Shown here piece after piece: positions 38,700 through 50,625 of a stretch of DNA of 64,000 bases. The stretch covers positions 114,703 to 178,702 of the forward strand of contig JAAOMT010000436.1 in NCBI GenBank assembly GCA_016748015.1. The letters run 5' to 3'. The first letter of the stretch is position 1, and each line of letters opens with the position of its first letter. This DNA comes from Geosiphon pyriformis uo1. Lineage: Eukaryota > Fungi > Glomeromycota. The position numbers were made by a program, and so were the translations under genes. The notes under the pieces were generated by a model. The model did not search any database. It was not told the DNA's origin and saw only the letters and a list, made by a program, of their open reading frames with translations.

Positions 38700-39100
38700 G
38701 CTCCAAAAAAGCACATATAAATAATATTAAATTCAATTTAAGATACTCTAAACAATTTTTTATAGTTATAACACCTTATTTTTTTTATAAAAATAGATCT
38801 AAAATTAGCTTTAGAAATTTCTATTAGTATTATAGTTCAAATTGTATCTTATTTTAGTTTTGTAAACAAAAAAATCAAAGTTAAAAGAAGAATAATTAAT
38901 GTTAAATATATTGAGAATATAATTATAATACTTTAAAACAATTCTAATAAGTCCTATATAATCAAATTCCAAAAAAAATTGCACAAATTATTTTTTTACT
39001 TCTTATAAAAAATTTTTATTTGATTTTAATAACTACATAAAAAAAATTAGATTTTACTACTCAAAAAATCCAAAAATTTGGCTTAAGTAGAAAAGGAAAT
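38700..39100 (+). pseudogene. dUTPase domain within the Gypsy pol
   Basis: Reads AHINNIKFNLRY / KIDLKLALEI..IVQIVS.FS / RRIINVKYIENI / KIAQIIF / QKFGLS, which revert mainly by G>A and C>T to dUTPase motifs AGFDL, xSS, GIIDAGYxG, IAQ, GFGSS. Confidence 0.7.
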
Positions 39101-42100
39101 ATACAAGTTAGTTTTATAAAAGATGTCAGTAACAAGATAGAATTTATCTATATTAATATTGTTATTTCTATTTTTTTTATTAACAGTATATTCTAAAAAT
39201 TAATTAGAAAATTCAGAATAAGCTCTATTATTTAAAACAACTCTGAAAATTTGTTCTTTAGCCAATATTGTAAATTTGTATATATTTGTTAAAGCTTATA
39301 AATATTTCAAAATTTTTATTTACTATTTTACTGAAAATATTAAGATTTCCAAAGAAACTTTTATTGGTTCTATTTTTTTAGATATTCAAAATCTTAAAAA
39401 ATTTTAATCTATTTTTAATTTTGCACAACTGTTTTATTTTACAATATTACTTTGCAAGTATAAAACCTACTAAAAGAAAGCTATTTATTTATAACAAAAA
39501 AAATTAATAAACTAAACTTGAGAAATTTAAGTATCTTATAGCAAATATAATTCAAAATTTTTTTAAACCAATATGCTAATATCTTTACTAGTAAAAACAA
39601 ATTCGGACATACTAATATTATGAAACATAAAATTGATATAAGAAATATTAAATTTATTAAATAATAAGTCTATTAAGTGATCTCAACTAACAATAACTTG
39701 ATTAAAAAAGAAGTACAATAGATGTTAAATAATGAATTAATCAAAAAATTACTAAGTTTTTAATCTTTATCTGTTATGTTAATTACCAAAAAAAATAAGA
39801 AAATTCGTTTTTGCATAAATTATTAAAAACTTAATAATATCACTAAAGAAAATGGTTATCTGACTCTTTTTATTCAAAAAAATTTAAATAATCTAAAAAA
39901 TAAAAAATAGTTCTTATTTTTAGATTTAGTTAGTAGATATTAACAAGTTAAAATAAATCTTTTAGACCAAAAAAAATGGCATTTACTATCCAAGATAAAA
40001 ATTTTGAATTTAATATAATGTTTTTTAAATTCTATAATATTACAGCTATTATTCAATATCTTATGAATATTATGTACAAGAAAATTTTTAAAAAATTAGT
40101 TATAGTATATCTAAATAATATAAATGTATTTTTTGAAATCTTTAATAATTATTTGCACTACTTTTAACAAGTATTTAATTATCTTTGGAATTTAAAACTA
40201 AAACTTAATTTTAATAATGTTTTTTTGAAAAAATTAAGCTAAAATTTTTGAAACACATTATTGACAAAAATAATGTAAACCAAATCTTAACAAAATTCAA
40301 AAGATTAAGAATTTTTTTGCTTTAACCAACTTACAAAAACTAAAAAAATTTTTAAGACTGGTTAAATACTATTATTGATTTGTCAAAAACTTCTTTAATA
40401 TTGTTAAATCTCTTTATTACTTATTGTTAAAACATGTTTCAATACTTATAAAGAGCTAGTTAACAAAAAGCTTTTAATTATTTTAAATAACAACTTATAA
40501 AAACATTAATTTTAATTTATTTGAACTTTAATAAATGCTTTATTGTTATTATAGATGTTTTAAAAAATGCATTAGAAGTTATTTTATCACAAATTAAACC
40601 TAATAATTAAAAACACCTAATTGTTTATATTAGCTATAGCACCAGTACTATTAAAAAAAATATATTGCTACTAATTTAGAATGTTTTACTATTTATTGAG
40701 CTGTACAAAATTGAAGATACTATCTTTATTAATTATTTAATCTATATACTAATCACAAAAAACTTATTTAGTTACTTAGCAAACCACAACTTAAAGAAAA
40801 GTATACAAGATAAAATACTTATTTGTAACAATTTTTATACAAAGTACATTATAAAAAAAAAGTTAAAAACATCAATGCTAACAGTTTGTTAAAAATAACT
40901 TAAATTTAATCTTAAATCAATAAATATAACCACCTATTAATAATTATATTAATATCTGTCAACATTTTAGTTTAAAGAGAAACTATTTCAACAGAAACAA
41001 AGTACTATATAAAAACAAGTTTAAAACTATTTTTTGTAGAATGACCAATTATATTGCCAAAAATACTAAAACTATATTATATTACAACAAATTATAAAAA
41101 ACAATAAAAAAAATTGTTTTATTTAACATATACTCTAATTTGACAACAAAATACTTCAACAAAGATACTATCTTAAAGAGAACAATTAATTTATATTATT
41201 AACTAACAATATATAAAAATATTTTTAAATACATTTTTAATTGTAACTTTTGTCAAAAAAAAAGAGCCAAAATAACAGAACTATTTTATTTCATTTTAAT
41301 TAGAAATTTATTTGATAAAATTATAATTAATTTGGTTGAATTTTTTTTAATTATTTTCAAAAAAATTACTATATTATTATAACTATAGATTATTTTATTA
41401 AATAGTTTAAAGTTAAAGCTATTTAAATAGTAAATACTAAAATAGTAGTCAAATTTGTATATTAAAATTTGATCTGTTAACATAAATATCCAAAAAAATT
41501 ATTATTTAACCAAAAAACTTATTTTGTCAATAGTATACTTACCAAACTAAACCAATAATTTAGAATAAAATAACCATTATTATTACTATATTACTCTTAA
41601 ACAAATAAACTAGTAAACAATTCAATTAAATATTATGTGAAATATTAATAAAAATAAATTATAAAAATATACAAGCATAGAACTTATTTATATTCTTAGT
41701 ATTATTTACATATTAAACATTAAAGCAAAATATTACTCAATTTACACTATTTAAATTAGTTTATAAAAAAAACCACATTACTTATTGAACAAAAAATATT
41801 TTTTCTTCTAATAAAAACAATTACCAAGAAAAATTTTGAAGTTATTTTGCACCAAAAAACATATTAGCTCATAAAAACATTAAAAACAATTGTAAAACAG
41901 CAGCTAACAATATTAATAATATTTAAAAATAACAGAAAAAAAGATATAATAATTGTCTATCAGACCAACCAATTGAATTCAAGATTGAAAACCAAGTGTT
42001 ATTATATTGTATTAAAACTAAAAAACAGTAAAGTGAAAAGTTTGATCTAAAGTGAGATAAATTATTTTATATACATAAAGTTTTAGACAATAGAGCTTAT

Positions 42101-43002
42101 AAATTATGATTAAAAAACAAAATTTTAAAGAAAACCATACATACAAATTATATTACATAATATAAAAATTGTTATTATTTGTATCTTAACTAAAAACACA
42201 AATTCTATTAATTAAACCAGAAAATATATTATAAAATCTAAAACCAATTATTATTATTGAATACAATCTATATATAATAATTTAAATTACATAAAATAAA
42301 TATATAAATACTAAAAAAACAAAAAAAAAAGTTATTAATACTCTTAATGTAGATTTCTTAGACAAAATCTTAAAACAATTTAACAATTTATAATACCAAT
42401 AAAAATCACAATTAATAAAAAAAGATACAATACAAAAATACAAATAAAAAAAAGATGAGCAAAAGTTTAATTAAAACTGAACATTTTTATTTTTATGAAT
42501 AATTAAGAGAAAAAAAAAGACATATAGTTTTATATACTAAAGAAAATAAAAAAAGTCTTAAACTAGTTAGTCATAAAACTAAACACAGGAAATTAAATAT
42601 TAAAAATCTTCAAAACTTAAAAAAAAAAACTTTTATTAGTCTACTGGTTTTTTAAAATTGGTAAAAGATTAAACTTATAAATACTATATTTAAACATTAA
42701 CAAATAAATATTTAACAGAAAAACTTTTAAACAAATGAAAAAATTTATTAAAAAAAACAATTTAATGCTATATTATATGACAATATATTAACTGTATTCA
42801 GCATTTAAATACTGTTTACTTATACTATTAGACAATTTATTAAAAACTATTACAGTTAACAACATAAAACAAATAACAAATTTATAGTTTAAAGACTTAC
42901 AAAAAGCAATACTCAACACAATAATTAAATATTATATCAAAAAAACAATCTTTACAGATACATATAATTTTGTAAAAGCTTAATTCTAAAAGAAAAAAAT
43001 AA

Positions 43003-43993
43003 TGTTATCTGAATAGAAAAACCAATTCAAAGTTATTAAAAAATATAATTAATATATAATAACATAAAAAAAATATAATAATACAAAATAATACAAAATA
43101 ATATATAACAATTTAAAATAACACAAAATAATACACAATAATGTAAAATAGTACAAAATAACTAATTATAATATAAAATAATTAGTTATAATATAAAAAA
43201 ACAAAGCAATAATAAAAATAATAAACAATAACTAATAATAACAAACAATCAAAAGCAACCTTATAAAATTAAAGAATATGTATAAAAATAAATAGTTTTA
43301 GTAAATAAAAAAAGACAAACAAAAAACAAAAACTTATTTTTTTAACATATCTTGACTTTAACTTGATAAAACTTTTTTATCTTATTTTTTTTATATTTTT
43401 ATATTTATTATTAATTTAATTTACTTGTATATAATTTCAGAATTTATGTTATTAAAATCAAATTGATTATTTCTCTTATTTTTATTCTAAGCCAGATATT
43501 ATTAGCATAAATAGCTTTAAAACTCTAACAACTTGAACTAATTACTCTTAATTATAACAATTAATAATATGAATTTTTTTTTCTTTTTTATTTTTTCTTG
43601 TTTTCTTGTAAAATAACAACATTAAAAATTAATTGTCAGAAAATAAACTTCATAATAGTTTGATTAAAAAAAAAAGTTTTTATTAGATTTTTGAATATTA
43701 ATTTTATTTTATTAATTTACCAAAAGAGTAAAAAGACAATACTAAACATTAATAACTTTATTTAACTAACTCAAAAAAAATAGCTTATATTTACAATTAC
43801 AAACCACTAAAAATGCATTTCTGTGCTTTATAACCAAAGAACTTTACAGATAAATTTATATATAATAGAAACTATTAAAGATTAATAAATTTTAGTATAT
43901 TTTTTATGTAATTAAAAGAAATCTCACAGCTTTTTTACTCAAATTCAGAGTATTAAACATTATTACAATACTTTACCAAGTTTATCTATAATA
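43003..43993 (+). repeat. 3' LTR of the Gypsy element
   Basis: Starts tgttatctgaatagaaaaacc after the purine tract; followed by TSD acaa. Confidence 0.85.
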
Positions 43994-44454
43994 ACAAGAT
44001 TAATTTTTGATTAAAAAAGCTTTTGGCATTAGAAAAGACTTGATCTTAAAAGTTTTGTTCTTAATTAATTTAAAAAAACAATTGAAGTTTTAAATAAAAA
44101 CTTCTTTTTTTTTGTGTTTAGCTAATTAAAACTAGTTTTGTTTTTATTAATATTTATAGTTTAAATATATTTACAATAATATAAAAGAGTTTTTTAATAG
44201 CTAATTTGAAAATTAAGTATTAATATTAAGATATATAAATTTGTTTTTTCTATATTAATAGAATTATAAATAATTATATTAGTTCTAAAATGTATTTTTA
44301 ATTGTAATTCTGTTGTAATATATTTAAACAGTTAAACTGTATTAGATATATATTTATTTAAACAAGATCTAATACTATTTGACTTTTATAATTTCTGTTA
44401 AATAGAAAAATACTACATAAAAAATATTATTAAAAATAAAAATATTTAAATTAT

Positions 44455-46735
44455 TTTTTTTTTATTTGCTTAACAAGTGCAGTCCAAAAACAATTTAGTA
44501 CTATACACCAAAGAAATGATCTAAACTAGATGTTAATCATGCACTTTCTACATGTGACTAGTTATTTGGACCAATCAAGAACACACTACACTGAAACAAT
44601 AGGAGATGGAAATAATCCCAACCCACGAATTTTTTCAATAACACTATTCAGATTCTTAAAATCAAAAATAAACTCACTAAGAAATAATCTAGTAGATTCA
44701 ACACTACTCTTAATCTCAGCACCCAATATCCACCACAAAGTTATAATATGCTCAATAGTGTCTTTACTTAAGAGAGAAGATTTGGTGGCCTGCATATTAT
44801 TATAGTCTATGCCACCAAAGTCAATTTCAGATCTAAGACAAGCAATGTCCTTAAACACACTAACCAAAAAATTGGCAAAATTGTTAGAAGCATATTTCAT
44901 AGAAAAGAGATTTTTCTTAATCTAAACAGCTTTAACAGTATTATCATCAAGGAAACAAAATACCAAGGCAACCAAAGAGCCAACAGGCTCAACAATAGAC
45001 TTTACCAAAGCAGCCAAATCCGAAATTTGCTTTTCCAAAGAGTTCAATCTAAACCCAACAGCAGGATCAACAATAGTCACAGGAGGGGCGGAAGCCACCA
45101 AAGGAAGAAATTCAGACATAACAGAGGAAACAAACACCTTAGCATAAAACAAAGAACCAACAAAACATAGTTTAAACATCTTGGGAGTCTTAAGAAAGGG
45201 AGATAAAGCAACTTCACAGTCTACAGCCAAGTAACCTATTTCTTGACACCAAAAACAATGCCGACAATTAGAAGTCTTCCACCAGATACAGCACTTTCTA
45301 AGTGTACCAGTTTTGGCAACAGCAAGATCCAAATCAGCTTGGAAGCCAAATGTAACTAGAGCAAAGTGAAGATGATGACCAGAATCAGAAAACTGAGGAA
45401 TGAAACAAGTCTGGCCACCAATCTGAGAAATCATATCACTGATTTTAAAGACAGTACAGCCAGGAGAAAGATTGACCAACTTGGCCTTAAATTTATCACA
45501 AGACAAAATAGTCTCATTTTGATTCACCAAAGAAAGAATTCTAACACTATTCTTGCTCACTAATACTGACCAATAATTTAAAGCAGATATGGCAGAATCT
45601 AACTTCTCAAAATGAATTACCACATATTGCCAAATGCTAATAGGCTTCAGCACAACATGAGTAATTATACCAAAAACATTAAGAGCTATCTTAATGTCAG
45701 TAGCAGATACACCCAAAGGCACATCATGTAGTGTAATAGCAGCAAAAAGAGAACCAGACTCAGAAATCACCAAAAACTTGGCAATTTTGAGGGTGGCCAA
45801 ATGTACAGAGCTTGTAAGCTCAACCAAAAATGCAGCTTTCAAAAACACTTGAGAAGTAAACTCCACACAAAACAGCTTCACATTGTTCTTTAATACTGAC
45901 TTTGCACCCAGAAAACCATGTACTAACTGAAAAACAGCCTTAACATGAGCCAATTTGATCTTAAAAGTAACACCAGACACCAGAGTGGAGACCACTTACT
46001 CAGTAAATCTTTGACAATTAGTAATAGTTTCCTAAGCACCACCAGAAATAGCACCAGAAACTAGAGGAGGAGATGATTCAGTTTCCATTTGATCAGCCCA
46101 GTTCCCAAAAACAGGTAACCCAATAGAAAGAGATTGCTTTGCTTCTAAAACCAGTAATGATCTGCCAGAAGACATCATATTTGACAACACAACTAGTGGT
46201 TGATCTTGGCCCATCTTGGATAATGTGCTAGATGATACTATAAAAATTTCATCTAAGATCTCATTGGAAACCACAAAGGGGTTTAGTGTAACAATAGCAG
46301 AGGCAAGCAACTGCTTCCACTTTTCTGAACTTTTGGTTTTTTTGACCATTTTTTTGAAGAAGTGGTGTTAGAAGCACCAGGTGTTGAATCTATAGAAAGG
46401 AAGACCAGCTTATTTACTGGTTTATTATTAAAAACTTTAGAGTTCTTAGTCGGAGTAGAAGCAATACTGGGACTAACCCAAGTGTGTCTCTTTGAAAAAA
46501 CTTTGACTGGTGAGAAACCAGCCAAAGATGAGGAAGTTGCTTCAGTAGTCACCAAAGGCAGCTTATCATGATTATTGGGTAAAAAGAAGGCTTTTAAAAC
46601 ATTTTGCCTAGTTGTTTCTACAACAGAGAGCTCCTCTGATTGAAATTTTATTAGATATCTTAGGACAAATATTAGATGCAGCTTTTTTACTCTTTGTTCT
46701 GATCATGATTATAAAATTAAGGAGACAAAGAGTTT
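44455..46735 (-). mobile_element. ORF1-only non-autonomous retroelement D (HAL1-like)
   Basis: One long ORF remnant (ATG 46706 to stop 44586; one frameshift near 46350, in-frame TAGs at 46032 and 44922) with RRM-like segments, CFWCQEIGYLAVDC knuckle and coiled coil. It runs directly into the LINE 3' UTR and A-tail, with no APE/RT/RNase H. Confidence 0.8.
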
Positions 46736-48798
46736 TATAAATAGTTATTGCTTTAAATTATTTAGTCTATAATAAAGAATTATTTAAATATTTTGGATAA
46801 TATAAAAGCCAATATATTAGCTAATATTACTTTATTTTTAAGTTTAATGTTTTTTATTTGAATAAAAAAATAGTTTCTAAAAACTAATAATATAGTGTTT
46901 TTGAAAAATATTTTTTGTGTTTATTAGAAAATAGGATTTAAAACTGGTGTTTTTGATAATAATTTGTTTAAAATATTAATTAGAATCAGATTTTTTTGAT
47001 TTAATATTCTAATTTATATATGATTTTTAATTTTATAAATATACTTATAATTAATTTATATTTTTATTTTATAAAAACTTTATATTAATATTTGCTTATT
47101 ATTATTTATAAATAATTATATAATAAAAAATAATTTAGTATTTTATGTTTCTATTGCAATAAAATTGAATTACTTAACCACTTTTTTATGTATAAAATAA
47201 ACTTTAATGTCTATTTATAATTATTAAATTTGCTTTTTGTTTTATAATACTCTGTATTAAAATTAACTTAATTGTTATTATATGTTTTGCAGATGCTTTT
47301 TTCTTGTGTTTTTAGTTATATACTATATATTATATTTAACAAGAAATATATTTTTAAAAACTAATATTTAAAATTTTTCTTTATTTTTAAAAACTTTAAG
47401 ATTATTGTCAATAAAATTATAAATTTTATATATAATTTAAATATAGCTTATTATAATAAAATATAATTAATTTAATTAAAATACAAAGTTATTATAAAAA
47501 AAATAGTTTAATATTTGAGAATAGCTTCTTAGTTTTTGTTATTAGTAATTTTTTATTATAGTTTTTTTTTGATATTGTTAAATTGTTAAATATAGTTGTT
47601 AAATTGTTAAATATAGTTATTAAATTAAAAATTAATTTAAATTACATAAGTTATATTTGTTTTTTGTAAATATAGATAATATTGTTTTTGTTAAAATAAA
47701 TACATAATATTGTTATGAATATACTTAAATAACTAGTTATATATAAATAATACATAATATATATTTAGTTTAAATTATGTAATTTAATGTATTTTCTTAG
47801 ATTATATATAAACTTTACTTATTAAATTTAATAAAAAATAACAATAATATTTTATAGCAAAAAAATATAGTTTATTTGCAAAAATTATTTTAAAAAACTT
47901 AATATTTTTATTATTATTTAACATATTAATCCAAATTATTATTTAAAAAAACTTATAAAATTATATTATTTATTTTTGCTAAATTAATAGCTATAAAAAA
48001 AATATTATTAAAATTAATAGTTAAACTATTTTAAACATAATTAATTTAAAATTAAAACCATATAAAATAAATTTATCTAATATATATTAAATAAAAAAAC
48101 AAAAAAACAGTTAAATAAAGATTAAAAATTGGTTTAATATACCAAAAATAAATAAATAAATAGACTTTATAATTAAAGTAAAAATGTTTTTTAAACAAAA
48201 TTAATATTATAATATTATATAAATATATATTTGTTTTAACAAAATATAATTTAATTATTATTTAGTATAATAAAATTATAATCTTAAATTAAATATATAT
48301 TTTTATATATATTAATTATGTAAATTAATTAAAGCTAAATTATATTAAATTTATAAAAACAAATTTATTTAAAACAGTTATTTTTATACAATAATAATTA
48401 AATTATTGTTATTAAAAATCAAATTAATTAATTATATAGCAATTATATTTATATTAATTTTAATACTAAAAATTTAAAATTTTTAAAAAATTATTATTTT
48501 AAAAAATTTTTTTTATTAACAAAAAATTTTAAAATTTATTTTTTTACTTAAATTATTAATAATTTTTAAAAATGCCAATATTTTTTTTAATTATAAAAAT
48601 TTTTATATTTATTAACTTTATAATTAAAATAAATAAATAAATAAATTTAATTATAACTTTAATTAAACTTCTTTCTCTCCTTCGTCCCAAATTCCTAAAA
48701 AAGAGTCAAATTTTGAAAGAAATTTTTTCTGTTTTTGCATACTGTCTTCCACTATTTCACAAGAAACAAATTCTTTTGTTGTTGGACCAGCTGCCACT

Positions 48799-50625
48799 AT
48801 GAGTGGTCTTAGTATTAAGAAAAGATCAGCCAGAGTCTCATCCGCTAGTTCAGTTGGTGGAGGTTCAACTCAGAATGTCAAAAAGTCTCTCAGTAATATC
48901 AAACTCTTAAGTGCGAATAAGAATCTCAAAGATAGTAGGTCTGTTTGTATGGATGGACAGTTTGTTAACATGAATACGGATGGAGAAACCTCTAATGGTA
49001 GCAGCACATCTGACTCCTAAATGAATACGCCCAATGCGAAGTGTTTCAATACTGGTACGGCTATCAGTTTCCCTATTGGCTCTATTAGTTATAACATGGA
49101 TGATGAGAAGAAAGTTTCTTTTCCTTTCTGTTTGTCTTTCTCTTTAGAAAAGGTGTGGGTGGACCCCAAAATTGTCAAGTCTCAGGTGAAAGTCACTGTG
49201 AAGAAGTCATTTGCTTTGGACATCAATCTATCTGCTGTGGAAGGAAAGTCGGCTACGGCCAAGACTCAGGTTATCAGAAAGTTATTTTCAATAATCAATG
49301 GTTTTGGGGGGACCACCACTTCCTCAAAATTTGAGGAGATTATCCGATCAACGTTTACTTCATCTGAAAGCATGGAAAAGGCCACATCATTGGCTGGAGA
49401 AAATAACATTATAGTAAACAGTAATCTTAAGAGACAAGGGCTTCATTCAGATCGAGCTGTGGTAATCAAAGAAATTCTCATGAATATGCCTAAAGACATG
49501 ATCATTACTGTAGTCTCCGAATTTGGGCAAATTGTGTCAATCAAAATCCAGTTGGTTGGTATATGGCAGAAGACTGTGGTAGAATTCACCGATTCAGACC
49601 AGACTGTACAATTGGCTTCAAGATGGTCATTTCTAATTGAGAAAAATTCGGTTCATGTGGCTATGGCAATAGAAGATCATGATACATGGGCTTCCAGGAA
49701 TCAGTTTAGAGTGCTGTTGTTTATTTTGCTGGTGAGTACAACTGCGCACAATCTTGGCACTCTTTTAGAAAAGGCTGGTGGAAAAACTTGCATCATCAAT
49801 TGTTCATTGGAAACTGGCAATAGATTTCATTGTGCTGTGGTTGGCTTTGAATCTATTGAGAAGTTGGAATCTGCTTTTCTCACTGAGCCTATTTTTGGTG
49901 GAGTGCATCTCTCATGGGCTAGGCTGAATTTGATTTGGTGTGGGAAGTGTGGGCATTTTGGTCATTCTATTCTGGAGTGTGATGCATCAGTTGAGTTATC
50001 TTCTGGCCTCCCAAATACATTTAAGAAGTTTGCTTTTAGTTTTGATCATATCCAGTTAGCCAGGTTGTATGTGAAAAAAAATGTTCCTATCTCTTGCCCT
50101 GCTGCCTTTGGCAGAAAATCTTGGGCACAAATGATGTCTTTTGCCTCTTCTTCTGGTGGCTTCTCTTCTGGTTCTGGTTTGCTCTCTGGTGGTAAGCCTC
50201 TTTTTTTTGGTTCTTTTGGTTCTCAGGTCGATGGTTTGGGTGATTGTTTGGCAGTGCTGGAGCATTCTTTGGAAATTTTTTCAGATCAGGTTTCTGTTAT
50301 TCTCAAAAAATTGAGTTTTGTTGATCTGGTGCCTTTGGCATCCACTTCTTGTGCTCCTCCTGCGGCTGGTTCAGTGCCTTCAGCTCTGGTTGTGGATTCA
50401 GGTATGGCTCTGGATGATGTGTTGGCTCTGCCAGTCTCCTCTTCTTCTGGTAGTGATGAGCCTGCTGCTGGTTTTAGTTCAAGTGGTACTAAAGTGCTTA
50501 CCTCCAAGATGGGTGGTTTGGAGTCCAAATTGTCTGCTCTGGAAGCTTTGTTTGGCTCAATTCTGGTGAGATTGGATCTATTGTGTTCTGGTTCAGGCTT
50601 GTCCTTACCCTTTTTATTCCAATGA
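48799..50625 (+). pseudogene. LINE E ORF1 (RRM-like, CCHC zinc knuckle, coiled coil)
   Basis: CGKCGHFGHSILEC knuckle; one internal TAA at 49018-49020. Confidence 0.85.

Larger units (their letters stand above)
33200..43993 (+). mobile_element. Full-length Ty3/Gypsy (Metaviridae) LTR retrotransposon, heavily decayed, gag-PR-(Cys-rich)-dUTPase-RT-RH-IN
   Basis: About 1-kb direct LTRs; ACAA TSD (33196-33199, 43994-43997); PBS-like tttggtgc at 34205; purine tract before 43003. Decayed motifs: CQKP.HIA..C ~36695, LILDSG ~37351, FCIDYRKL ~39808, LDLASGYWQV ~39919, VYLDDI ~40105, TDAS..LG..LSQ ~40551, integrase CxxC ~41242. Confidence 0.85.
32100..44400 (+). mobile_element. Highly decayed LINE fragment H (32100-33199 plus 43998-44400), split by the Gypsy insertion
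   Basis: Decayed YLGIFLS..LSKPSLAKAH at ~32530 continues after the 3' LTR as W..F.HWKRLD..G.VP.WF (~44010-44070) and RNase H remnants. Confidence 0.7.

Noticed and set aside
46740-48660. Very AT-rich tract as a distinct element (also 1-530 and 30300-30790)
   Set aside because: Probably terminally decayed repeats, but I could not recover any motif or terminus to support a call.
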